The notes beneath the pieces were generated by a model, which saw only the letters and a program-made list of their open reading frames with translations, had not been told where the DNA came from and searched no databases. The position numbers were made by a program, and so were the translations under genes. Below are positions 22,680-36,526 of a stretch of 64,000 nt of DNA, in pieces. Source of the stretch: Lingula anatina (taxonomy: Eukaryota; Animalia; Brachiopoda); contig CM120640.1 of NCBI GenBank assembly GCA_051362555.1, forward strand, positions 21,886,001 to 21,950,000. The letters are read 5' to 3'. The first letter of the stretch is position 1. The number at the start of each line of letters is the position of its first letter.

Positions 22680-25166
22680 GTTGCAGCATTGCAGCGGATG
22701 AGATATATCGTCAAGTATTGTCACAGCTAACACAATGTGTGTTGGCATTGGCATTGTGGTATTGTTGAACTCTTTGAAAAGGTGAATTCTTTGCACAGCA
22801 ATTTGCTTTAAAGTAAATCGCGTGTTTCATACTGTTTACTCGGCACTCATTTACATTTTCTTATTTGCTTTAAAAAACTGCCAAAATGCACGCCTAGACC
22901 ATATTTTAAACAGCAATTTGTTTGGTCCACTTCTGTAATCACCCTCTTTGCGCGTTTTATTTTTCTTTTTCACAATTTCTGTGTTTTAAAATGTTTTAAA
23001 CGTAGAATTTTTTAGTAAATTGAAGCTAATCAACTACAAAGCATGCTTTATTGAGCTTAAAATAATTGTCTTTGCAACCTCGCGAAAAGACCTCGGATTG
23101 CAGTTTGAAAGATTGAAGACCGTAGGCTACGATTTAAATCTTATGTCTGTAGCTCAATCTGAATCCTACACTCATTGTAAACATTAATTGTCTGAACTGT
23201 CAGTGGGATGCTATTGATTTTATGGCCAATTTTATCCACTTCACCAGATGGCCTAGATATAAAAAGATTCTTGATGACAACTTATCCACGTGGCACGCCA
23301 ATCTTTCAAACAATAAACAGCAATGGATCAATGATAAGACGTGTCAAAGACCTGGGTTTAATGAATACCACCCGCGTTGGACAAGAATTTAACTAAAAAA
23401 CGTCCCCACACGGTACTTATGGCTTGTATCATTTCTTGCTGCAGTCTCGTGCTAAAAGTGGGCTTATCCCATCTGAACAACATTTCGACACACAAATTTT
23501 TTTAAATCCTTTATTGCTGTCAAATGACAAGGAATATTTTATGACATAGGCCTATGGCAGTTTGCCAATATGCCTATTGCATTAAAATTAATCCTGCTTG
23601 TTTGTTTCTTGGTTTTATTGCCAAAAATGTCTAAATGTCACCGTTATCAAATGTACGTTTTGATTTAGGAAAACATTTTCGATGGGACCGTTCATGAGAA
23701 TAATATTGTAATAACTCTTCCAATTTCCTTTGCACATAACCTATTTTTTTATATTTCAAAGGAATTTTACACCCTTTAAGGGAAAATGAAATCAATTTTC
23801 CTGGCCAGAAAGCGCATTTTACATATAGTAAAAACGCAAGGAATGCATGGAGTGTTCACCTGACTTGAAAACCCTAAAAACGAATGGGATATACGAATAC
23901 TTCGGAAGGATGTTTGTGAATAAGTACTACAAAATTGTCTTGGTCGTTATAAGAACAATTCATTTATAACATTTTTTCGCAAAAATCCCGCAAACTTCAA
24001 CATGAATAGCAAATATATAAATGTTCACACGATATCAATAAAATTGTATATAAATACATGCTGCCTAAGAACACGCTTGAAAAACTAAGGCATCTTCTTA
24101 ACCTGTTCAAAACCGCTAATCTTAACTTCCTGCTGGCAAATGCCAGAACACACTGCCTTGTCACAGATACGACATGTGGTTTTCACCTGCCTATGAAATG
24201 CATTCAACAACAAAGTCTGAATTCTTCTGAAAATCACCAAGGGATCTTTTGTCTCTTTACAGTCTCTAAACCAGATTAATCGAATATCAAATAATCCTAA
24301 AATCCAGTCTTGGAATCCAAGATGATGCATTGAGTCATACGTAAAATCGTTTAGGGATCTCTTTCCAACAGTTCGTGGGCATGTCTGTTTTGACTTAGAT
24401 AAGAAGTATAACAGGAAAATACACGATACGCCTTCGAGAGTTATATCACAATGAAAAAAAAACTGTTATTAAGACCATATACACTTGGTCCAGATAGTGT
24501 TGGGAGAGAAAGACGGGTATTAAGACAGGGAGCTGAGGGTCAGAGTAAGGCACGACGAATCACAGACCGGGACTTTAGGCGTGCAATACAATACAGAAAT
24601 GTATCTCATTGTGACCAGTACAGTTCGAACAAATATACATGTCAAGTACACATCAACGCAATATCAAGTGAAAGTCATGCAAATGTCATGAATGTAAATT
24701 CTTCCTTGGTAATTCTTTTTATGAGAGATCAATACTCTGACGCTTCCTGTAAATTTTACGAAATAGCACACAAAAAATATCACCTTAAGCATTTGGCTTA
24801 ATCCACTGTTTACCAAAGAGAAAAGGAACACAGTCACCCATGTGCATTTATCTTAACGCAATTTCAGAAATATCTGTTATCCTTCGAGTTTATCAATTTA
24901 TCCAACCCAACAGGTCCTGAAAAAGGGAGGGGCCATCCCATCATGTCAAAATAAAGCATTCATTTTCGTTCATTTCCTCTCTTTTGTAATCTGTCTTGTT
25001 CACACTTTGTGATTATAAATAAATATCCATCTTGTTAAAAGTGGTTCCTCGTCATTGTAAATTTTAGATCTAGATCAGAGAATTAACCACAGCACTAAGA
25101 CATTCTTGCAGCAAAGTTGCCAAGCTGTAATTCCACTTGAACCATCGTTTACAGTGTTTTTACTTG

Positions 25167-26030
25167 TTATATTTCTATGTCTGTCCCATCGTCGTCAGTG
25201 ACGGAGTGACACACTGGCCGACTGTACATACTGAGCCGGGACACATTCAAAGCCAGACGTCGCTCGGCTTCTCGCTGTTTAGAAACTGGAACTGACATGG
25301 CGTGCGCAGGGATATGCTGGGAACGTGATACAGTATGAGGTGCTGGGTAAGTGTCCCGTTTCTCATAATGTATTTTTTCAAAATGCTCCATGTTTTTATC
25401 ACTTGGTACACATGTCTCTTTAGACTTGTCTAATTTGTAGCCTGCGTTTTTACACACAGTGTTATAGCAATCAGTGTTTACGTGTGATGCTGTTGGCTCA
25501 TCGACACTTTCACTTGGCTTGGTGTAACCCTCTGTCTCAGTTAAATGTTTGGTTTCACGAAGCGACATATACTTCGGAAACTCGAATACAGTATCCAAAT
25601 GTGACGAGTTGGACGATAGTGGCGTCAGTTTATTTGCTTCATCTGAGTTATCAATGCTGTACTCCTCAACGATGTCTAACGGGTAGACCCTAAAATCTGC
25701 ATCGGAGTCATTGTAAGGCATCCGGTTCTTTGACAGTCGAGCCTCAGATCTTTTGTACGAGTTCGAAGGCCACGTGTTGAAGGCTTTGCTCTGCTGGCGA
25801 AGCTTCTCCATTTCTTTTATATGAAGCATCAAGTATCTGTCGGTTCTGTTATTCTTGACGTGAGAAAATATCAGGAGAATAATGGAGAAGCCAAAGATAA
25901 GTACGACAGCAACTACATAGTACAGAGCACCGGCGTCGTCCTTCAAGTCTTTTGGTTTGAGAGTGGAATTGTAGAGCGGGTTATCGGTGGTCTTAAACGG
26001 AATTTGGAATGTAAGGTTCCCATACTCCAT
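25167..26030 (-). CDS. Single-pass membrane protein, KCNE/MinK-like TM region, long disordered C-tail (287 aa)
   Basis: ATG shortly after acceptor TTTTCAG; NLT and NST sequons; TM GALYYVVAVVLIFGFSIILLIFSH followed by basic residues and DRYL. Confidence 0.75.
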   Translation of the reverse strand: MEYGNLTFQIPFKTTDNPLYNSTLKPKDLKDDAGALYYVVAVVLIFGFSIILLIFSHVKNNRTDRYLMLHIKEMEKLRQQSKAFNTWPSNSYKRSEARLSKNRMPYNDSDADFRVYPLDIVEEYSIDNSDEANKLTPLSSNSSHLDTVFEFPKYMSLRETKHLTETEGYTKPSESVDEPTASHVNTDCYNTVCKNAGYKLDKSKETCVPSDKNMEHFEKIHYEKRDTYPAPHTVSRSQHIPAHAMSVPVSKQREAERRLALNVSRLSMYSRPVCHSVTDDDGTDIEI

Positions 26031-29000
26031 CTCTCTCTTTTCTATCTGAAAATATAGAATGCATATATATTTTTTAATTATCAAATATTATATAGTATGA
26101 AGCGAATGCTGAAATATTTCGCTCTATTGTCAAAACACGCTGAACTCTTTTTCTCTCTAGTATCCTTTCTGTTTTCTCCCTTGAAGGCATGCAAGACAAT
26201 CTTTATTATAATTAACACACATGAATGACAATGTAAATATTGATTTACGGATGCATTGAGTATCGCAAGATCACTAGGCAGAAAGAATATATTCTGAAGG
26301 GATTTTTAACCCATATCTCTCCGAGCAATAACCCGGTGTGGCAAGATTAAATTAAGCGTTGCGTACTTAAATGCACAGGATTAAGCCTATTCCATCGAAC
26401 TCGTTTCCTTCCAGAGAAACTACCGGTATAGTGCATGGATTGAGCGGAGACAGATGACTGGTGAACTGTCAGAAAATACTTTTAGACCCCAACCCGAAAT
26501 TCAGTCACACATGGGTCCACAGATGTTTAAACGACGCACAATATTTATGATTTTGGACAAAACATTGGCGATTTACATATACACCTGTACACCTGTTGTA
26601 GATCATCATCTTGTTATAATCTAGTTCTTTGACGTCACCATGTCCTATCCTGGAAGTTAAAACGTCCGGTACCTTGATTGCATTGTGCATGGTTTGAGGT
26701 TATCCCTCACGTGGTGTTGGAAAACGTGTCACGTGTGAAGGAAGGATCGAGAAAGATATGGTGTAAAAATATCAGCATATCGAAACAGCTAAACTAAAAT
26801 GGGAAATGACAGTTGTTTTAGAAACTGGTCTATACCGACTCATTTCACCATTGTTCTAAATTTGTTCTTAGACATTAAGGACCAAATATATTGCTTGATC
26901 GCATTTTCGACCATTCGAGCTTATGACTCACAGATAATAATGATGGTTCTGACAAATGAAGCCTATTATTTTAATAATAACATCTGATATGATTAAGGTA
27001 ACATCTGATATGCGTGTTTTTATTTTCTTTTAATAATACAAGATAGTACGATTCTTAATTAAAGACAGCCATTATCAGAGTCATTACAGTCGTACAGGTT
27101 CACATAGAGGATTTAAGCACAATGTACCTGAGGTCGTTATTCCTACACAAATGCGCCATAAAACATTTTCAGTTAGTTTCATTTAGTTTACAAGCCGAAA
27201 AAAGCCGATATTTCACAATAAAAACATTGTAAACAACTACATAGGAATATAAAATATTCTGTTTTACCACAAAAACGGCAGTTATAGCTATTATTCTGAT
27301 ACCTGAGCTTGTCATCAGACCACGTTACCTCCATAGATGACTATTTTCTGTAATAATCTCTTAAAAAAACAGGGACTAACTTTGAGTGTAGAAATGGATT
27401 CCTTAGCTATTGATAAGTATGGGAAAATTGTTGTTTACCCCAAGAAAATTCATTCTTTGGCCAAAACGAACAGTTATTGTCCCTTTAATTAATAAAGTAT
27501 ACATGACCTAGGGTGGTCAAAATGTTTTTACATCTAAGTTACGTTTGTAGAAATACACAGCGTTATAGATAGGCAATGTTTGACATAACAGCGATCGCAA
27601 ATATAGTAAAAATATATAGGTTTCCATTTAGCATCCATGCGACCTGACACTACAGTGTACGTCCTGCCAGACTCATTTAGCTCAATGATTCCATTAAACT
27701 ATATTGTGTGATTATAGGCCTAGTGTGATCTAGTGTGGCACTGACAGCTATAAAGAACACTTTCCGTGTAGTTACCACAGGGCAATAAACCTCCAGTAAC
27801 GTCTACTGCGCACACTTCGGTACAAACGGAAGTCAAATAGCCGCGGTGGGTTTTATATTATCTACTCTTTGATCATTGTTCTTACAAAATGATTTTTTTT
27901 AGGTCTAGACGTAATATATCTCCCAGTCCTATGGTATAAATACTCACTTTTAACTGAAAATCGACTTCTAGCAGCACAGCTTTAGTTCCTATGACATGCT
28001 CATGTCAGAGTCGGGTTTAGACCCGATCTCATTTGTTCTATAGAGATCACTGCGATTTTCGTCCAGCAAACAATACACCACGCTCTTCCAATTCTAGTCG
28101 AGTTGCTGACTGATGTTACTGGCGCGGTGTCAGGTCGCAAGTCCCTAACTGTGACAGAAATTGGTCCATCGCTGTCTAAATTCTACCATTTTGTGTAAGA
28201 TATGAGTCAACATTCAACAAGATGTTTTAGCGATATGTACTTAAACGTACATAAATTCCCTAAATTCTCATTTGATATTTGATGCATATATTGTGGACAA
28301 GGGTTCATTAAAAATTAATTATTGTTGAGAATAAGGCCTGTTGGAAACGGCAGCCACTTTCACAATGGAGCCATATTTCAGACAGTATTATATATTGCGT
28401 TATACATGGCGTGAAGCTTATTCGTCTATTGAAAACAACATGTTCATGTCATCACAATATATCGTCACTAATCGGTGGCGCGTCAACCGTATAATAGTCT
28501 CGACAGTCTAAATGACATCCATTACAGCGAAATGTGTGCAAGCCATCGAGATTAGGAGTTGGTCTAGATCTTGTTTTGAAGCTGTGTTTACTGAGACAGC
28601 CACCGTCAATTTGACTGCCATGCGGTGTTGCGTAAATCTATTGATTAGTTAATTATCACATTTTGCCTGTCTGCTCCTAGTTGTAGCACTGGGCACTGAT
28701 TTTTTTTGTGCTGACTCAAGCAAAACCAGCATTTGTCAAGTCTGAGAGTTGTTGCCTTTCTGCTAATTTTTATTTTTTGCTTCCTGGAAATGTGTTTCGT
28801 GGTTTAGTGTCTTCAGAAACGATTTACCTTTTTTCATTATTATACAAAAAGACATGGAAAATGTATATTACCGTGTTTTGTGGTTCTGTTTTATTTCTTC
28901 TTTCTTGTCGATTTTATTTTATACGTGGTGTTGGTCGTTTCTTTTCGAATTTTTGCAATACTTATCACACTGAGGTTTTCAGTTCGCTTTGGTTAATACA

Positions 29001-31763
29001 CGCCAACGTACAGAACGTATGTGAGTCTGATTATATTGTGTAACGTATTTTATTGACTAATTTGGCAACTGCTTATCAATTTGAACCCCAAAACTCATTC
29101 TGCAAGCAACTCTTTCCACATTATAAAGTTGTCTCTTTGCTAAGTTGTACGTCCCACCTTGGTTAAGTGATAATTAGTCAACTATATAAGTATATTACAT
29201 CCTGACGCTCATGTTCGTAGCTAGGCTATGGTAAACCAGGCTATTTAGAAACCTGACATCGGTGCCATTTATATTTAATGACAATGCGGGTCGTAAAACC
29301 ATAAGTTTCTTACACAGACATTGGCATTTTTAATCGGTTTCTGTTTCCAGGCAGGCGTTATTTTCAGGCAGTTGTCATTAATTCTCATTTGTTTGTTTAA
29401 TAGTCTTTTGAGTAAAACAAATTGGTCAAATGATACTAAACTTTATTTCGGTTTTAGCATTTAGCGGGGTTGATCATTTATAGACATTGCCATATGGGAC
29501 ATACGCCATCTATCCCGCTATCACGCATACTCTCCACTAATGGATTGGCATCATAATAAGTATGAATGGAATGTAGGGAATTGAAATATATAAATCTTTT
29601 TTCAACTGTTTTTCTTTTTTTTTTTTTTTTTTTTTTTTGTACATTTTAAAGATCATTCATACAATAATGCTATAGTGTCCATGTGTACTACACAGTGCTC
29701 ACAGTGATTGCTGATTCAGCTACATGGAACTAAATGCGCTATTTGTAAGCAAATCCACCCACACGAATTAATCGACTAATTGCAGTAACACACGGATCTA
29801 GGACATAAGATTGCATGCTGTATTCATTTTCTATATTGTTTGAGCGCAACGCCAGTATTCACGATGATTCATCCCCAAGAAATCTCAATAACAGAATAAA
29901 CGAGCCTTATAGGGCCTACCAATTAATTATTTGAGAGATAGGATTGAATTCAACTGTAAAACAAAGCCTCACAGAATCGATAAACTTACCTTGAATAATT
30001 TCTCATGACGCAATTATTTAATAGTTTCAGGTAGTGGAAAATCGATTAGACTGCTAATATATCTGTTTGCAATACCAACTTGAAATATGTTGTATGTAAA
30101 ATATGTTGTATATAATAATAAGAAATCTATTATCACTGTAAAGCACATGAAATATCTTTACAACGGTCTATGCACAAATCTAATATAAGAGTTTTTACAA
30201 CGCACTCCATATTTTATCGACAGCACTGATTAAGACGACATTCATAGGGATATTTGCTTTTTAAAAGTATGGGCTAAAATGGTAATCACACAGGCATATT
30301 TTAATGAATATTGGAATTTTGATATCCGTTTGTGAAACGACTTACCTGTAGATAAAATCAAACGAGAGTTAGTCCTTGTTTCTAAAGTGCGCTTTGCCTT
30401 TATGATACACAACTATATAATCTAAGATTTCCCTATCTTCTCGAAGCCATCTATAGACATCTGTATCATGTTTACTGCGAAATAAAACTGAGAGTTTCCA
30501 AATGACAGATCCGATTCCTCAGCACACACACCGCCAACAATGGCCGACCATACAAATGGCGTTTCTTTTTTCCTGGTTTATAATCTTTTTGTTGCCTAGA
30601 TACAAGCGTCACACAAGGCGTTTCATTTCATCCTATTCAGCAAATGACAAAGTTGTCAAAATTAGTTCAAGAGACACTGAAGATGCCAATGTTACCACCA
30701 TTGTTCTGCATCACACCATCTGAAGTGTCCAGCAAGTGGCCCAAATGTCAATATGAAAACAGATGAATAAATACGTCACATTCAATCTGAATTCTATGTT
30801 GAAATACGATTTTTTTCATTTTTCGCGGAATCGATGACAATGTGTCGACATCGGGTAAAGCACAACCTCTAAATGATTTGTGTCAATTAACTTGTCAGTA
30901 CTTGTTGTTCGAGGCCAAACTAAACGCGGCTTGAAAAATGATACATGTTTCACCACACGAACACAAAGTGGTGACCTGCGTTACAAGAGAAAATCAAAGA
31001 CCATCTACCGAACTGCAGAAGTCGTTGAGAAGCTTCACAATAATGCGCAGGAATCTACATTATTTGTCTCATTAAGGAACCAGTATTTCATCTCTGGAAG
31101 TAATAACTTACTGTCCGAAGACCATCCCTCTGTTTTCGAAAGTATAATGGAGAAAGGCTATTTGTCTAGATGAAGATGATTATATCCTAGATCTGGCTGG
31201 CGCTGCAGACGAAGCTTTGCTGATTAATGATTACGCTCAATGAGTGTTGCAGCGCTGAACAGTTTATGGAAGAATAATTGATTCATTTGACTAATTCGGT
31301 ATTTCCCTGATGTTTCAGTGTGAAAGCTAAACAGAAAGAGATATACTATTTCTGGTATTAGCAGCTCTTTGACTGCAGAATAATCTTACACATATATATA
31401 GTAATTCTTCTTGCAGCGTTTATAAAATACACGTGTCCATCTATAATGAAAAATGTCTCACAGGGGTAAATACCCATTGTTTTTGTATTTATCTGGGGTT
31501 GTTCCGTCTTTCCTAGAAATCCAAATGTGCGTCGTTTATCCCTAAATGCAATGTCAGCTTATCCTAGTGTCTTGTTAGTGATCACAGCCAAGCGATTGCG
31601 TGTTTCTGTCTCAAGAAAACTCGTTGAGAATACATGTAGGTCTAAATAAAATTGGCCTGGCCTGATCCCATCCTGTTTTATTCAACAAAATGTGGCTTGT
31701 CTAATAAGTTTAATACCTGGAGATGATACATTTCTCCATCAATATTAAAAGGGGAGCTGTAGT

Positions 31764-32054
31764 CAGATGCCGATCCAGGATTATTTGAAGGGGGGGGGGG
31801 GGGGGGAACGGAACGTCAGGCTTTGAATGCGAAGCCGACCATCGCCCCCTTGGTGTGGGGTTCGGGGCTTGTTCAAGGGCCCTAATTTTTTTTGGTGTTT
31901 TTGGAGAGCAAACAGTGCCCTTTGGTACCGTTTAGAACTATGATTTAGCTAGTCAAATTTCTAATTTCAAAAGGGGAATATTGGTGTGATATATTTTTCA
32001 GAAACCGAGGTGGGGGTTGGGACCCCCCTGACCCCCCCTCTAAATCCGCCATTG
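31764..32054. mobile_element. GC-rich hAT-like MITE, same family as 55585-55831 in opposite orientation
   Basis: CAGATGCCGAT / ATCCGCCATTG termini, flanking TGTAGT duplication; internal GTTTAGAACTATGATTTAGCTA is the reverse complement of the 55.7-kb copy. Confidence 0.75.
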
Positions 32055-32294
32055 TGTAGTGTAAAAAGAATCTGTTACTCCACGTTAAAACAATCTGAGT
32101 TCGACAGCAATATGGTGTTTTCTATAGGCCGGGGTTAATGCCATTAGTGCTCGGCCGTCATTTTGTCCTGAAATCTCTGTATTTCTACGTCTATCTCTTA
32201 AACTTAATTGCCCAATTTTTACGAAGAAAAAGGTGGACTTCAAACAAAATTTAGAAAAATGATGCAGTTAATTCATTGTTACACCCGTTATCGA

Positions 32295-32342
<48 letters not shown>

Positions 32343-32399
32343 ATTACAGATTATTGTGACACACGGAATGGTCCGCACAGTTTTATAGAGTTATGCCCA

Positions 32400-33165
32400 G
32401 ACTGAGGTACCTTCACAGAGGCAACGCCCAATGAATCTTACCACCAGGATACAGGACTCACCGTCCTTACGGATATACTGCTGCAACGAAACAAAGACCA
32501 TCCATTCCGTTCAGAATGAGGGACAAATTGCCACCAGAACGCTTGGCGACCATGGTCGTTTATGAATAGAACACTGAAACCGCGTGGTTTTCTTTAATGA
32601 AGTCAGATTTCACCTGTACTGTTTAAGTAGTCAAAGTAGAGTTAACAGACATCCTGAAGACGCCTATGGCGAAGCATGTGCCGCGTCTAGAGTGACTAGG
32701 GTCATTGACAGCATCGGTATTTGGAGTAGATAACCCATTGGTGCCAAAACACCAATGGTGGTCATCTATGAAAACCTACACCACATCAGATACAGGAATA
32801 ATCTGGGCACCACTCGACTGCCATTTGATAGGGGGCACCTTATGAACAATTTAATTTTGCACGGTGAAAATGCCGGTTCATACAGACCACATTTAATCGC
32901 AGATAACTTACAGAGCCAAGGGAATGAGTAGCTACCTTGGCCATCAAGATTGCCAGATTTGAACCACATAGACAACCTGTGGGTAGGTCATTACTCTTCG
33001 GATCAACGACCTACTTTTCCTACAACAAAACTGAACCAAATTGGACAAGTTTTGACCGGTGCCTGGGATCTTATTCCAGATTAAACTCTAAAAACCTACC
33101 CCGAGGAATGCCTTGACGCTTGAGAGCCCTGGTAGTGGCCAGATGAGGTCAGACGCACCAGCGAC
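32400..33165 (+). mobile_element. Degenerate Tc1/mariner transposase remnant
   Basis: LPWPSRLPDLNHIDNLW (about 32932-32982) matches the Tc1 WPxxSPDLNPIENLW motif; RVVFFNEVRF near 32580 and VVAR*GQT at the end; stops and frameshifts. Confidence 0.8.
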
Positions 33166-33330
33166 CGTAGCTGTGACTAGACACTGACATGAGGATCTTG
33201 CCCATGTGTCTGAACATTTGACAGCCTTGCTGCTTTGTTTTTAATTCACATTTGTCACTCCACTGCATTAATGCATTCTTACCAGGTTTTAACATATCCT
33301 TGGTTCTTAAAAGAGCAAAGTATTCCATTG

Positions 33331-33332
33331 GT

Positions 33333-33382
<50 letters not shown>
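33331..33382. repeat. (TG)n microsatellite
   Basis: Direct observation; other microsatellites at about 12030, 54260 (ATT)n, 54950, 55100, 59030, 60195-60262 and 63427. Confidence 0.95.
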
Positions 33383-33383
<1 letters not shown>

Positions 33384-34916
33384 GGATCCGCCTTTGTGTT
33401 ATTGGAAACGTATGGGTAGGGGATGCATCCCCCTCATCTCATTTACATGTAGTTAAAGGAAAGACAGATCGAATATATAAAACGGTGCATGTAAGAAAAG
33501 GGCCACTGCCTAATCTGTTCGACCGCAAATTAAGTGCATTTAATGCATAATGGACAGGCTGGCAACGCTCTTGATGTACCGTATAATATGATATCATTCG
33601 TGTTAGTTACAGCCTCAGTGATTAACATGCAGCCGGAGCATAATGCATTAATACGTTTCTTAATAGATTGGATAGATAAATCGATTTACATGAAATCACG
33701 TTAAACCTCCTGCAGTGAAAATGATACGACTTACAGCTTTTTTTCCCTGGGGAAAGTGATCGGTTAATTTCCTCTTCTTTCCTTTCTCTGAGAACTACAT
33801 CTTTGGCGGCATCCGTCTCGTTCTATTCATTAAAACTGTTGCCAGGCAACCAAAGTGATGTTATTGTAGGCTTTCCTTTGTCACCCTCAGCGCCGAGCTG
33901 GAGAATCTATATGGCTAACTTTGCATTTCCTAAGTTCAAACTCGTTTATTGTAAATCTTTTAAAGAAAATCCATGAACAATAGTCATAAGAAACAGGTGT
34001 ATGTCAATTTGTTGGTAATTGTAGGAAGTCATTAAGTATGTGAGTCAAGGGAACTGATTAATTTGTATATTTATATACAGACCTAATTAGACCTGTCGAT
34101 CCATAGATAATTTCCGAACTTTTTTATTAAAAGATGCTTTTCACCCTACTGGAGTGGTAAATTGTAGTTTGCGTTTTATGTGATATTTGGTATTTTGGTC
34201 CCCAACAACTGCTGATCACTGCTGGGAATCGTAAAAACAAATATCCAAGAAGAAGTTTGACACCAAAATCAAAATGTAAGATACAAGCTTTTGAATTTTT
34301 TTTTCTTTTCTCAGAATGACCTTTTAAGTCATACAGTGGGCATTTGACCTTCATATAACAAAAATCAAAATTTCCTGGAAATTGCAACACTTTGCCCTGA
34401 TTCACCGAGTTTAACCACATCCAATACCGGGCACAGAATTACGATTCATAAGCGCGCTTTTGAATTCTAGATTCTAGTTTTTGAATCTCCTTTGTAATGG
34501 AAACTGGGACATGTGGGTTTAATGCGTAACGCTAAAAATTAGTGATAGTAAATTTCTCAACTTTTTTAAAATATATAGTAAATTTCTCAACTGTTTAACA
34601 GAGGATATAGATTACTGATAAAGGAAACATTGCTGAAATTTCCAAGAAAAAATTGCTGTATAAAGGCCTACAGCTTGTGTGCCTTTCAACTTCCGTCAGT
34701 AAGAGATAGCCCACGCGGGACAGTATGCGATAACTTGTTTGGGTTGTGTTCCAGAAGTTTGCATGGACTTTGGCTGTCTGACAAAAGTTTACTTTCCCAA
34801 CACTTTGCTGGGAAATGTCAAACTCGGTGAGTGGGTCAAATGAAAGTGTGCCTGCGCTTCGCCACTGTCTGGACTACATATTCGACATCACACCTCGAAA
34901 TTTGTACACAGTCGTG

Positions 34917-35157
34917 ATGAAGTCCGAACTCGTGCTGTGCTTTATGTTTGTGCTGCTTTTATCTGTAGGGCGTGGAATAACCGGCAACACTTTACACCCT
35001 TCAGAAAGTCTTGCCCACGCCCTGGGATTAAAAAATCCCAACCCTCATAGGCCTGCAAACAACGCGTTGCCCCACGTGTACATGGAATATCTGTACGAAG
35101 AAATGGACAAGGGAAGGATCCCCGTGGCGACTGTATCCAGTTACAGAGCAAACCCAG
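34917..35157 (+). CDS. TGF-beta superfamily ligand, exon 1 (signal peptide and start of prodomain)
   Basis: MKSELVLCFMFVLLLSVGRG signal peptide; LGL...P..YMEYLY...TVSSY prodomain pattern; donor G|GTGAGA, phase 1; TATAAA at about 34659. Confidence 0.85.
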
Positions 35158-35281
35158 GTGAGACTCGCAGTACTGTACATATGAAACTTTAACTGTAATA
35201 TCATTAATTTTATTAAAAGTGTCTGTTAATGTTTAAACAATATTAACGAACTTATATAGTTTGGAGTCCAAAAATATTTAA

Positions 35282-35578
35282 AGGGATAACAACTCTTAAT
35301 TTTGGCGAGAAAAGTGCCATTAAACGGATTTTCTTTGGGTAATCGACGGTGATTTTCCCATAGTTACCAATGTTTGATGAATCCGTTTCAACATTCAAGG
35401 TTGGACGATGCTTTTTTTTTTTCAAATGTTTATTTTTTTATGTACGAAGCGAAGTCATCTATAAGGGACCACATTGTCCGATTTTGGTGGGCAAATGGAA
35501 TTTATTATATTTCTATGTATTGTGAACAATGTGTTTATTGTGGAATTTTAAATTATATATGAAGAGTAGTTTTCCCTT
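35282..35578. mobile_element. Kolobok-like MITE in the TGF-beta intron
   Basis: AGGGATAACAACTCTT / AAGAGTAGTTTTCCCT inverted termini in a TTAA-type context. Confidence 0.65.
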
Positions 35579-36526
35579 TAAATATAATACTCTTTGGAGT
35601 GAGTTTGTAAATTAAGTATTCAGACACACAGAATGTTTTCATGCGATATTCAATGTTGTGATATCATAACTATATGCATGTTTCCAATGCATTTTTACAC
35701 TAACCATGCATTTTAACCATGCATGCATTTTTCCAACCAAACCTTACTTTGCTTAAAATGATATTTTGATAGTAAATCCATTACTAATGAGGGACGCATC
35801 ATATCTAGGAGACAAAAGAACGATATCTTTCAAATGTAAAAAAACTTTAAAAACACAAAGCTTTCAAGAAATGTCTCGAAAACAAAGGAGTACTTTTAAT
35901 ATTTTATATTTTGGGATACCTTTGAGTTTGGAGGTCGATAGAGTGATGATCACTAGACAGATCACTAGAACTCATGGATCACTCACTGATCACTCATGGT
36001 TTTTACACTCAAATCCCACAAACGCTCATGTTAGACAGTATGCAGAGAATGAAACATCAAGGTGATTGACCGATATTATCCCCCCTTATTCTTTTTGCTG
36101 TGAAGAGTTGTTTTGATAATATATTGTTCTATTCATGGGGGATATGGCGTGATCTTATCACCAAAGAGCAAGTTCAAGTTCAGGTCAAAATTTTCACTCG
36201 TACAAATAGGGTGACATTCAGGGGGCAATGGAATATTTTAGCGTGCCAAGAGAACATACAAAGACAGGAGGAAAAAATACAAGAGAAAATGATGTAGTCT
36301 TAGTTTCTATATATAATAGTAAATGACATATTTTTACTTTGAAAAATGATAGCAATTTGGGATTGTCAGAAAATAGGACGAAAGATGTTATTAGTATAAA
36401 TGCGATGATATTGAATCGTGCGGCTATTCACGTTTGAATTGGACAGTTTGTTTTGTTAGTTAACATGACGAGGATACTCTATTTCTTATGGAATTTAAAG
36501 GAGGGGTGTTCTTTTGTTGTTTTTAG

